From the NCBI GenBank assembly GCA_032718475.1, contig JAUCBJ010009158.1, positions 44,143 to 108,142 on the forward strand: DNA of 64,000 nucleotides, in the 5' to 3' direction. This DNA is from Nemertoderma westbladi. Taxonomy: Eukaryota > Animalia > Xenacoelomorpha. Shown here piece after piece: positions 1 to 10,276 of this stretch. Each line of letters opens with the position of its first letter. Positions within the stretch are counted from its first letter, which is position 1. The notes under the pieces are model-generated. The model ran no database searches, was not told the DNA's origin, and was given only the letters and a program-made list of their open reading frames with translations. The translations under genes were made by a program, and so were the position numbers.

Positions 1-489
1 TAAAATAGAGTTACACTTTATTAGTGTTCCAATCAGAAACGCAATCTTGCTTTCCTCCTTGACATTTCAATTATCCCCCACCACAACAGCCTTCAAACTC
101 TATAAATATCCAATTGTTGTAAGTTTATGAGCCATTTTAAATTTCTGGGCGACACACAAGAGGTTATTTTCGATTTAAAAAGAAAGGCTCTAATTATTAT
201 GACATGTTTTGTAATTATATAATTTAGGAAAACGAAAGTGAAAGTTTTTTAGAACGTTAAGACCCATTTGCTTTACGGTGTCGGTACATACTACAAAGCA
301 CTCAGTGAAGTCCATGTTTATATTAATTTTTGGAAATCAAATTCATATCAAATTTCGTAATACATATTTTTTTTATCGAAGAAGAATAATTATTATTTTA
401 GATTTTCCTTTTATATCATGTTAAAGTAATGCAATTCGCGAGCGAAATTGCAGAGGGGACTGTCACGGCTGTAGCATGCTGTTGGTGTA

Positions 490-829
490 AGTACACTGTT
501 GGTGTAATTGATCCAGCAGTTCAACTACGCGTAGCCCTAGTTCACATGCACACAGCATGGATATGTATATATATGCTTACCGGTACCTACCGCCATCTTT
601 ATGCATTTGCTGTTTACCTACTGCTGTACTGGTTAGCAAAGTAGTACTTACCTTTACCGGTCTGTTGCACATTACCTGATTACCGTGTACCGGTACCGCT
701 GCTGTGCTGTGGTGTTATCTTATATATATACACTATATCAGTTATATGATTATTATCTATCCTATCTGATATCAGTTGTTGTTGTTACAACCAACCTACA
801 GTTACCAGGTTACCCTTTTACCTTTGGCG
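490..829 (+). repeat. 5' LTR (first ~15 bp replaced relative to the 3' LTR)
   Basis: AGTACACTGTTGG...CCTTTGGCG matches 6505-6844. Confidence 0.93.
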
Positions 830-843
830 TGGTGGCAGCGGTG
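830..843 (+). promoter_or_regulatory. Primer binding site, tRNA-Leu type
   Basis: TGGTGGCAGCGGTG abuts the LTR end and is complementary to the 3' end (...CACCGCTGCCA-CCA) of metazoan tRNA-Leu(AAG), recalled from memory. Confidence 0.8.
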
Positions 844-1155
844 CGCTACGTTCTTACGTTCTCATACTGTGATACCTACAATCCACACCTTACCGCAACA
901 GACCCGTGGATTGTACTCATTTCTGCCTTCCACTTACGCTTCACTACTGCAGTACCGGTAGGCCTACCAGTCAACCTTCTCGTACACCCCAGTCCAGGGT
1001 TGTATCAGGGCACATAGGCCTACTTATCAGTTTATATTCAGACATTCGTTCAGGTTCAGCTTCACTACCGGTAGACATTTCACACACTCCAGTCTGCCAA
1101 TCCAGGGTTGCAGGGCACATAGCAGCATAGGCCTATCACTCTCACAAACTGAACA

Positions 1156-2977
1156 ATGGCTCTAAAAGCTCCGAAATTACTCCCTCTTACCAAGACGGAA
1201 AGTATCAGTTCCTATGAGGCCTGGCGGGCCAATTTAATTTACAACCTTGCCCTGGATCCGGAGTTTGCACGTTTCACCGATCCTACCGCCGTGTGGTTGA
1301 AACAGTCACATATCACACCCACACGCGGTCTTGCCCGTCCCTGTCAATCGTCGTCGCACAGCTATTCAACAATGTACTTCATTACAACTGATGTTAGGCC
1401 AGATTGCCAACTACGCACCTATTATAGCTCGGAATTCTATTGTTCGTGACTCTACTTCCCTCTCTTCTGTGTGGCAAGCCATACGTCTGCACTATGGTTT
1501 TCAGTCCTCTGGTGCTCAATTCCTGGCCTTTTGTGACATCAAGTTAGAACACGAGGAGCGCCCTGAAGATCTATTTCAGCGCCTCCTGGCGTTTACAGAT
1601 GATAACCTTCTTAAACATGATGGTGGTATCTCACACCATGGTCTTATACCGGATATTGATGAGGAAGTAACCCCCTCCCTAGAAAACTTTGTTGTACTTA
1701 CCTGGCTTAGATTAATGCACCCAGACCTCCCCCGTTTAGTACAACAACGTTATGGTACATTACTCCGGTCCCGTACTCTTGCTTCAATTAAGTCTGAGGT
1801 CTCACAAGCACTTAGTTCCCTCCTTGACGAGCTTCAAACTTCTGCAGAGGTAAGAACTTTTCGGTCTTATACTCGCGATTCTCGCTCATTTGGCTCAGCC
1901 AATGCACCTAGGTCAACAGGACGGGCAGCTACACGACTACCACGTTGCTGTCCTTTGTGTTCCCAGGCAAAGCGATCCCCCACTGATCACTTCCTTAGTA
2001 ACTGCAAGTTCCTACCAGAATCTGATCGCCGTTACCTTGCCCGTGCACGACTTGTGCACATTGATGATTCTGAGTTTGATCATATTCCCCATATCGAGCT
2101 TCAGCCTGAACCAGAGGAAACCCGATCCCCCTCAATCCAACGAGTTGCAGTACATTCTAGTCCTATCTTCGAAGCTGCCATTCATGGAAAAACAGTCCCT
2201 CTTCTTATTGATAGTGGAGCAGAATCCAATTTAATTTCTAGCATTACTGCCAAACGTATCGGTGTCCATATATCCCCTAACAACCTACAGATTCCTGCAC
2301 AGGCTGATGGATCCCCACTCACAGGTGTTATGGGTGAAAGCCGTTTTACCCTAACCCGCCGCAGTCTTTCCTTCCAATTCCATGGCTTAGTTGTATCTGA
2401 TCTTGGTACCCCAATTCTGGCTGGTATGCCATTCCTGTCTGTCAATGATATTACCTTACGCCCAGCTCGTTCCTTAATTACCTTTGTGGATGGTTCTACC
2501 TATGAGTATGGTAGTGGCTCTCGCCCACCTCCTACTGTCCGCCGTGTTAGTCCTTATTTGCTTAGGGCCCCACCTTGTTCCACAGTAGTCCTTCCTGGTG
2601 AATCCCTCCAGCTCACCCTCCCAACAGACCTTCAGGCTTCCTCGGCTGTACTTATCGCGCCCCACAGAGTGAATGATATCCTCCATTATGAGTCTGCCCC
2701 AAAGTGGATTCGACCAACATTATGTATGGTCTCAAATGGTGCTTTAATGCTTCCTAACCATTCCACCCACCCAGTAAAAGTCACGAGGAACTCTCATTTG
2801 TGTTCTGTTATTGCTACTAACCCAACTGTCCCCTCTGATTTAAATCCAACTGTCCTGTTTACCACACCCACCCAAACAAGTCGCACTACTACTGATAAAC
2901 CTACATACCATATTGACTCTGTCCAGTTAGACCCAGATTGTATTACCAGGAACGAGCTTGTTTCCATGATATATTGA
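1156..2977 (+). pseudogene. gag: Gag + aspartic protease of the Gypsy element, frameshift near 1330
   Basis: ORF 1156-1449 (MALKAPK...) overlaps ORF 1331-2977; Cys/His motif CPLC...H...C; protease motif LLIDSGA. Confidence 0.8.
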
Positions 2978-5900
2978 AAGAATATCAGGATGTGTTCGAC
3001 CCCTCCTTCCCGGGTTACAATGGACAGGCTGGCCCTTTTGAGTCTGTGGTTAATGTTGGCCCCTCCTTGCCCCCCCAACATAAGGGACGTATACCCCAAT
3101 ATTCACGTGACCGTCTTGTTGAGTTACAATCCCGATTTGATGCCCTGGAACAGTTAGGAGTTTTTGCAACCCCTGAGGCCGCTGGTGTCACAGTAGAGTA
3201 TTTAAACCCATCTTTTCTTGTGGCAAAACCGAATGGAGGGACACGTCTCGTCACTGCTTTTACAGAGGTAGCCAAGTATTGTAAGCCTCCCCCTGCATTG
3301 CTACCTGACGTGGATTCCACTCTTCGTTCCCTTGGCCGTTTTAAATATCTCATTAAATCAGATCTAACCAGTGCTTTCTTTCAGATACCCTTACAGCATG
3401 CTTCAAAGCGTTTTTGTGGCGTTGTTACCCCATTCCGTGGTGTTCGTGTTTATCAACGCTGCGCCATGGGGATGCCAGGCTCAGAAACTGCCCTGGATGA
3501 GTTGATGACACGTGTTCTTGGTGACTTACTGTGCAAGGGTAATGTCTTAAAGCTGGCTGATGATCTATATTGCGGGGGTGACACCATTTCTGATCTACTT
3601 GTCACTTTCTCTGCTCTTCTCACTTCCCTTAAGAATTGTGATCTTCGCCTTTCAGCATCTAAGACTGTAATATGCCCTCGTACCACCACAATTCTTGGAT
3701 GGCAATGGTCTAACGGTACTCTTTCTGCCTCATCCCATATAACATCTGCACTGTCAAGTTGTCCTTCTCCAACTACAACACGATCCCTTCGATCCTTTCT
3801 TGGATCTTATAAAGTATTGGCACGAGTCTTGCCACACTGTTCCGCCTTAGTGGGTCCATTAGACACTCTACTCACTGAGAAACCTGGTGATAACCTTGAG
3901 TGGACACCAGAATTACTCTCTATATTTCGCCGAGCCCAGGCTGCAATAAAGTCATGCCGTTCAATTACAATCCCCAGTCCTTCAGATGAGCTTTACATTG
4001 TAACTGATGCTGCCTCTAGTATTGATGGCCTTGGAGCTGTAATGTATGCCAAACGGGACTCTACCTTACATGTTGCTGGTTTCTTTTCTGTTAAACTTAA
4101 ACAACATCAACACAGTTGGCTTCCATGCGAGTTAGAGGCTTTAGCCATCGCTGCTGCTGTCACCCACTTTGCACCATATATAGTTGCTTCGAGTAAACCA
4201 TCCCGGGTTCTTACTGACAGCAAACCCTGTGTCGATGCTTTTCAGAAACTCTCACGTGGAGCATACTCAAGTAGTCCACGACTTTCTACCTTCCTTACTG
4301 TCGCAAGCCAATATCTAGTTTCCATCGCACACATCAAGGGTTCGTCTAACCTTCCAGCCGACTTTCAAAGTCGCAATGTAGTTCAATGTGACCTCCAGTC
4401 ATGTCAGGTATGTTCATTTGTAGCTGATACTGCTCCCTCACCAGTAATCCGTAGTACACCTCATGTTCTCACTCCCATAACCCCACCTGTCCAATCTCCA
4501 AGTCTTCCCAACCAAACCTGTTCACTGCCTCAACCCCAACTACTTACGGCAGAGAGTCGTCCCCTCTATGCAAGTCGATCAGCTTGGTTGGTTACTCAGC
4601 AAGAGTGCCCTGACCTGCGGCGTACCCATGCCCATCTGCTACAAGGAACCCGCCCAACTAAGAAGGATACTCATAGTCGTGACATTAAACGTTACCTTGG
4701 CTGTTGTACTGTTGCTCGTGATGGCTTAATTGTTGTCAAGCGGGAACGTCCCTTTTCCATGCCAGTTGAGCATATTTTAGTTCCCAGGCACTCACTTTTG
4801 GGTCTCCTTACCTCTTTACATTTAGAGTTGCAACACCCTTCAAAGGCCCAATTGCGATCTATGTTTACTCGCTACTTCCATGCCTTAGATATAGACCGTT
4901 CTATCACTGCTGTGTCCAGCCAGTGTCACCAATGCGTTTCATTATCTACTGCCCCCCGACGTGTTATTCCCCAGTCCACAGGTGAACCTCCTGCCACTTT
5001 AGGAATTTCATTTGCTGCAGACGTAGTTCGTCGTCACTCACAATACATCCTTCTCTTACGTGAGTGTACTTCTAGTTTTACAGCCACTTGCATTATTCCA
5101 GATGAACGCCATGAAACACTGCGTGATGCTCTTATAGTACTAGGATCTGGATTATGTCCCCTAACTGGCCCATGTGCCATTATCCGTACAGATCCTGCAC
5201 CTGGATTTCAGGCCCTCGTTGATGACCCCATTCTTGTCCAACATCGACTCCGTATTGAGATAGGTCGCCGTAAGAATCCTGATAAAAATCCAGTTGCAGA
5301 ACGTGCGATACAAGAACTTTTAATGGAATTACACAAGCTTCGTCCTTCAGGTGGCCCTTACTCATCAACAATTATTGCGATAGCTACTGCTAATCTTAAT
5401 TCCAGATTACGATCACCAGGCCTATCAGCGCAAGAGATCCTATTTCAAAGGGATCAATTTACCGGGGAACAGATCCCCATCTGCGATCTTGACCTGATTG
5501 ACCAACAACATGACCGTCGATCGGCTAATCACCTCCCAAGTGCTCAATCCAAGACTCCCAAGCCTATGAAGAATGTTCCCCAACACTCCATCTCCGTTGG
5601 TGATTTAGTATACCTATACGCCGATCCTGTAGCTCTACGTTCTCGACCTCGGTATATCGTTGCCACAGTGGATGGTGATTGGTGTTCTGTGAGAAAGTTT
5701 GTGGGCAATCAGTTACGTGCCCATGCTTACCGTGTCCGTAAAGCTGATTGCTTCCTTGTTCCATCTATGCCCACTCTTACTACCATCGATAATGATCCTA
5801 ATTCATCTGATGAGGATCTCTCTGCCGAGTATACGTCACCAACAACTAGTCCAGATGGATGCGTTGATACTGCTGTTGAACCCATCCCCAGTATGGACAA

Positions 5901-5988
5901 CGATACTCTGTTTCGTAACGTGGATGGCGAATATTCGTTATCACCACCTATTCCCAATAAGTCTCCTCCACGTCTCGAGAGATATTAA
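2938..5988 (+). CDS. pol: Pol: reverse transcriptase, RNase H, integrase
   Basis: RT motifs DLTSAFFQ, AMGMPGS, KLADD; RNase H VTDA...ELEA...LTDSK; integrase HHCC (H-x4-H...CHQC) and D-D-E (AADVV, RTDP, AERAIQE). Confidence 0.93.
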   Translation: MYYQERACFHDILKEYQDVFDPSFPGYNGQAGPFESVVNVGPSLPPQHKGRIPQYSRDRLVELQSRFDALEQLGVFATPEAAGVTVEYLNPSFLVAKPNGGTRLVTAFTEVAKYCKPPPALLPDVDSTLRSLGRFKYLIKSDLTSAFFQIPLQHASKRFCGVVTPFRGVRVYQRCAMGMPGSETALDELMTRVLGDLLCKGNVLKLADDLYCGGDTISDLLVTFSALLTSLKNCDLRLSASKTVICPRTTTILGWQWSNGTLSASSHITSALSSCPSPTTTRSLRSFLGSYKVLARVLPHCSALVGPLDTLLTEKPGDNLEWTPELLSIFRRAQAAIKSCRSITIPSPSDELYIVTDAASSIDGLGAVMYAKRDSTLHVAGFFSVKLKQHQHSWLPCELEALAIAAAVTHFAPYIVASSKPSRVLTDSKPCVDAFQKLSRGAYSSSPRLSTFLTVASQYLVSIAHIKGSSNLPADFQSRNVVQCDLQSCQVCSFVADTAPSPVIRSTPHVLTPITPPVQSPSLPNQTCSLPQPQLLTAESRPLYASRSAWLVTQQECPDLRRTHAHLLQGTRPTKKDTHSRDIKRYLGCCTVARDGLIVVKRERPFSMPVEHILVPRHSLLGLLTSLHLELQHPSKAQLRSMFTRYFHALDIDRSITAVSSQCHQCVSLSTAPRRVIPQSTGEPPATLGISFAADVVRRHSQYILLLRECTSSFTATCIIPDERHETLRDALIVLGSGLCPLTGPCAIIRTDPAPGFQALVDDPILVQHRLRIEIGRRKNPDKNPVAERAIQELLMELHKLRPSGGPYSSTIIAIATANLNSRLRSPGLSAQEILFQRDQFTGEQIPICDLDLIDQQHDRRSANHLPSAQSKTPKPMKNVPQHSISVGDLVYLYADPVALRSRPRYIVATVDGDWCSVRKFVGNQLRAHAYRVRKADCFLVPSMPTLTTIDNDPNSSDEDLSAEYTSPTTSPDGCVDTAVEPIPSMDNDTLFRNVDGEYSLSPPIPNKSPPRLERY

Positions 5989-6475
5989 ATTCCTCATAAT
6001 TTTACCTCTATATACTTAGTACGCTAATAGTTTGCTTAGTTTCTTTGTTATTGGTCTACTTATACTCATGAAGTCAAGCCAGTCAAACTCCTCATTCATT
6101 GATTTGCTTTTAATTTGTATCACACTTTAGACTCAAGATTACTCCTTCTCTAGTGATATATACATCTATCACACTTGCGGTATATTACGCCTTTTGCTTC
6201 TCTTAATTATATCATTTCCGTTGATATCTTGCATTTATAGATATATATAGGATAGGTGTAGCAGTTCACCCAATATATTATTTTTGTTACGCACTGAGTT
6301 ATCTATCTGAATCATTGGTACAATGTTATGCAACACTAAGGCGCTTTGTGTCATACCGATAACTTTTAGTTATGACTTACATGATTCGTTTACTTTTTGG
6401 ATACTTGCAATTACATATATAATTGAGTTAGATCTTGTGGTTATAGTATCTTTAGTGTTTATAGCTTCGCTATGT

Positions 6476-6486
6476 AGAAAAAGGAA
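6476..6486 (+). promoter_or_regulatory. Polypurine tract
   Basis: AGAAAAAGGAA, 3 nt upstream of the inferred 3' LTR start. Confidence 0.7.
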
Positions 6487-6489
6487 TTA

Positions 6490-6844
6490 CGCCAGACCCG
6501 ACCCAGTACACTGTTGGTGTAATTGATCCAGCAGTTCAACTACGCGTAGCCCTAGTTCACATGCACACAGCATGGATATGTATATATATGCTTACCGGTA
6601 CCTACCGCCATCTTTATGCATTTGCTGTTTACCTACTGCTGTACTGGTTAGCAAAGTAGTACTTACCTTTACCGGTCTGTTGCACATTACCTGATTACCG
6701 TGTACCGGTACCGCTGCTGTGCTGTGGTGTTATCTTATATATATACACTATATCAGTTATATGATTATTATCTATCCTATCTGATATCAGTTGTTGTTGT
6801 TACAACCAACCTACAGTTACCAGGTTACCCTTTTACCTTTGGCG
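6490..6844 (+). repeat. 3' LTR
   Basis: Begins CGCCA just after the PPT and ends TGGCG (5-bp inverted termini); 6505-6844 matches the 5' LTR. Confidence 0.9.
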
Positions 6845-6996
6845 GAAGATGAAAAGAAAAAGAGAGATGAGCGTGATATATTAAAGACAAAACAGACAAT
6901 GGAAAATAAATTTCATAAAGTTATGAATATTTTGAAAGGAATACAAAAACAGAAAATGAAGAAAATTTGAGTGAGAAAGAGGAATAGGACAATGAG

Positions 6997-7977
6997 ATGG
7001 AGAATGAAAATAGTGAGGGTCAGGATGAAGTTGAAGAGAGTGAGGTTGAGAACGAAGAAAGTGAAGATCAGGAAGAGGACAAAGAAAGTAAAGGTCAGGA
7101 GGAGGGTGAAGAAAGCGAAGGTCAGGTAGAGAATGAAGAAAGTGAAGAACAGGAAGAGGATGAAGATAGTGAAGAACAGGAAGAGGATGAAGAATGCGAA
7201 GGTGGGGAAGAGGATGAAGAAAGTGACGGCCAGAAAGAGGATGAAGAAAGTGAAGGTCAGGAAGAGGACAAAGAAAGTGAAGGTCAGGAAGAGGGTGAAG
7301 AAAGCGAAGGTCTGGAAGAGAATGAAGAAAGTGAAGGTCAGGAAGAGGGTGAAGAAAGTGAAGAACATGAAGAGGATGAAGAATGCGAAGGTGGGGAAGA
7401 TGATGAAGAAAGTGAAGGTCAGGAAGAGGACGAAGAAAGTGAGGAACAAGAAAATAAAGAAAGTGATGAACAAGAAGATGAAGAAAGTGAAGATCAGGAA
7501 AGTGAAGAAGAGGATGAAAATGATAATAATGAGGAAATATTGAGACAATTACTCGGAAATAAGAATAAATTGCTGACAATTATTAAACATTTGAAGGAAA
7601 ATGAATTAAATAAAGAGGTTACATTGACCCAAGTTCTAGGAAGTAAAATTAAATTACAGAAATTTATTAAACATTTAGAAGAGAATGATGAAAATAAAGA
7701 AGAGATATTGAGACAAATATTAGGAAACAAAAATCAAATGCGGAAATTTATTAAACAAATGGAAGAAAATGAGGAAAATAGAGAAGAGATATTAAGACAG
7801 GTTCTGGGAAATAAAAGTAAATTACTGAAAATTATTGAACAATTGAATAAAATTAAGAAACAGTTGGGTAATGAGGAAGATGAAACTAAAGTAAATCAAC
7901 CAGCTTTTACTAATTTTCGAAGACCTATGATAAAAAACTCTCGTTCAGTAAATGCCCGCGCAGGACGACGCTATTGA
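6997..7977 (+). CDS. Glu-rich repeat protein of unknown function (possibly an exon or pseudogene fragment)
   Basis: 326-aa ORF with ~17 9-aa repeats (SEGQEEDEE-like, 27 bp) followed by four 28-aa amphipathic repeats (EEILRQxLGNK); the repeats keep frame. Confidence 0.5.
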   Translation: MENENSEGQDEVEESEVENEESEDQEEDKESKGQEEGEESEGQVENEESEEQEEDEDSEEQEEDEECEGGEEDEESDGQKEDEESEGQEEDKESEGQEEGEESEGLEENEESEGQEEGEESEEHEEDEECEGGEDDEESEGQEEDEESEEQENKESDEQEDEESEDQESEEEDENDNNEEILRQLLGNKNKLLTIIKHLKENELNKEVTLTQVLGSKIKLQKFIKHLEENDENKEEILRQILGNKNQMRKFIKQMEENEENREEILRQVLGNKSKLLKIIEQLNKIKKQLGNEEDETKVNQPAFTNFRRPMIKNSRSVNARAGRRY

Positions 7978-8005
7978 CATTTGTTTGTTTGAGTTCCTTT
8001 CATAA

Positions 8006-8163
8006 TAGTATTAGGGCTATTTATCCAAAACAATTATATTAGTATTAGGACTATTTATCCATAACAATTATATTAGTATTAGGACTATTTATCCATAATA
8101 ATTATATTAGTATTATAAATGTATTTACCCCACAATATTTATTACTATTAGGTCTATTTATTC
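8006..8163. repeat. 34-bp minisatellite, ~4.5 copies
   Basis: TAGTATTAGGACTATTTATCCATAACAATTATAT units start at 8006, 8040, 8074 and 8108. Confidence 0.85.
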
Positions 8164-8492
8164 AAGAAATTATATGTTTTTATAATATACTTTGGAGAAT
8201 TAGTCGACTAAGTCATAATTTTTAAAACTTTAAATAAGGGTTGAGTAATTTTATAAAGTTAAGAAGAGTGAATCAATGGAGGCAACCTGAAGTCTAATCT
8301 CTTGGCCTTTAATCACATTAACTCCCAAGGTTGCATACTATCACTATAGCTGGGAGAGTCGAAGCTAGTGTACACTAGAGACAGCCAAGAGATAGGAAAA
8401 ATAATAATGCTCTTCTAGGGTTCGAACTCACGAAGTTCTAATTAGAAAACTAAGCAAATGATCAGCTTGAAGGACTTAGACCCTTAATCTGA

Positions 8493-8895
8493 GCCTCAGT
8501 GAGGCATAGTCTGTGCCTCATTACCTCAGTGAGGCATAGTCTGTGCCTCAGTGAGGCATAGTCTGTGCCTCAATGCCTCAGTGAGGCATATTCTGTGCCT
8601 TAAATCCACAGTGAGGCATAGTCCATGCTTCAGTGCCTCAGTGAGACATAGTCTGTGCCTCAGTGCCTAGGTGAGGCATAGTCTGTGCCTCAGTGCCTCA
8701 GTGAGGAATAGTGTGTGCCTCAGTGCCTCAGTGAGGCATAGTCTGTGCATCAGTGCCTCAGTGAGGCATAGTCTGTGCCTCAGTGCCGCAGTGAGGCATA
8801 GTCTGTGCCTCAGTGAGGCATAGTCTGTGCCTCAGTGCCTCAGTGAGGCATAGTCTGTGCCTCAGTGCCTCAGTGAGGCATAGTCTGTGCCTCAG
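8493..8895. repeat. 30-bp palindromic minisatellite
   Basis: Unit GCCTCAGTGAGGCATAGTCTGTGCCTCAGT, ~14 copies, some shortened to 22 bp. Confidence 0.92.
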
Positions 8896-8939
8896 GTCTT
8901 AAATCTCAAGTCTGTCCCTTTAGGAGTGCCTCAGGTCTT

Positions 8940-9520
8940 AAATCCGAGTCTTTAGCAGCAGGCTGGAGAACTGCGGACCGATCAACCTCCTCAGTAAAGT
9001 ATAGCCTATGTCATAGTTGATGCCTACCAAGTTTCAGCCTAAATGGATTAAAAACAAACAATCAAATGAGATCAGGTTTTCACTTTGAGAGATTTCGCCC
9101 TCTAGCGGCAGACTGGGGAACTTCAGACCACTCTACGACTCCGTAAAAGATATAGCCTATGCTGCAGTAGATGCCTACCGAGTTTAAACCTAAGGGGATT
9201 GTAAATAGCAAAGTTAGAGAAGATGTTAATTTTCAGATAATATGCCCTCTAGCGGCAGACTATAGAACTGCAGATGTCTGGATATAGGTAAGAGTAATTA
9301 GTAATCAGAGGTGTCACGAGAGGGGGCGGGGCGCTTGGATACAACTAGTATTAAAACCTGCTGCTTTGTTAAGGCAAATTGGGGGTCAAAGGTCAACGAT
9401 TAAGCTGTCTGGATATAGATAAGAGTAATTAGTTACCAGTAAGGGAGCTATACCTTAGGGCTAAATATAGCGAAGCGGTGTCAACAATGACGTCATTCGT
9501 TAAGTAATTTATAAACTAAT
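8940..9520. repeat. Dispersed repeat related to the non-autonomous element interior at 49139-49400
   Basis: Shared motifs GCCCTCTAGCGGCAGACT...GAACT(G/T)CAG and CCAAGTTTCAGC(C/T)TAAA(T/C)GGATTAAAA; internal ~145-bp periodicity. Confidence 0.6.
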
Positions 9521-9560
9521 TATTGGTAAATCTAAAATTAGAAATTAAAATTAATTTAAA

Positions 9561-9660
9561 NNNNNNNNNNNNNNNNNNNNNNNNNNNNNNNNNNNNNNNN
9601 NNNNNNNNNNNNNNNNNNNNNNNNNNNNNNNNNNNNNNNNNNNNNNNNNNNNNNNNNNNN
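9561..9660. other. Assembly gap (100 N)
   Basis: Run of 100 n. Confidence 1.
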
Positions 9661-10276
9661 TGATTTATGGCAGATGGTATTACTACATCGATAGATACAT
9701 ACAACACATTAGATAGATACATACATACACATTAGATACATACAGACATACATACTGTGTACACACTTAGATAGATAAATACACACCAAAACTCAAAAAA
9801 ATACCCCGCCTATACGAGACGGGTTCATAATTTACCATTTCTTAAAGGTTGTATTGATAGAATGGAGAAACTACCGTTCTATTGGTCGCTATACTTTTAG
9901 GCCTATGCTAATTTTGCAGTTTTCTGGGCTGCAAGGCCTGTTAGTAAAGGTTGCCTTGGGAAGAGGTCAGCAGCTGGATATGTCCAAGGATTCTTTAACT
10001 CCTTAGGGCGACTGGAAACTCAGTTATTCCGAGGACAGTTAGAACCTCAAGCACAGGGACCACTTCTGTATCAAGTGAGGGAGCGGATATTAAGAATTAG
10101 GTTAATTTTGTCGGCATTCGAAGAAGCCTCAAAGAGGATTCAAGATATATCACTGCGCGTGGCAGTAAAGATCTGGTTTCAATGAATCAATGACAAAGTT
10201 CATGGAACAACTACATGGAGAGCTGAGTTAGCAGATCAACTCGTTTACAGAGAATCCACTGACACCATTCTTTCGT

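Larger units (their letters stand above)
490..6844 (+). mobile_element. Ty3/Gypsy LTR retrotransposon, near full length, recent insertion
   Basis: Direct repeats 490-829 and 6505-6844 (offset 6015, no difference seen by eye); PBS directly after the 5' LTR; PPT before the 3' LTR; internal gag-PR-RT-RH-IN order (integrase last = Gypsy order). Confidence 0.95.

Noticed and set aside
451-470. AGAGGGGAC-TGTCACGG as PPT plus canonical LTR start
   Set aside because: Not present in the 3' LTR and no matching partner in the window.
6881-7579. His/Leu-, Phe- and Lys-rich ORFs in alternative frames
   Set aside because: Shadows of the purine-rich 27-bp repeat, which lacks stops in several frames.
8493-8895. 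CRISPR-like array of palindromic repeats
   Set aside because: No unique spacers, no cas genes, eukaryotic context; it is a plain tandem repeat.
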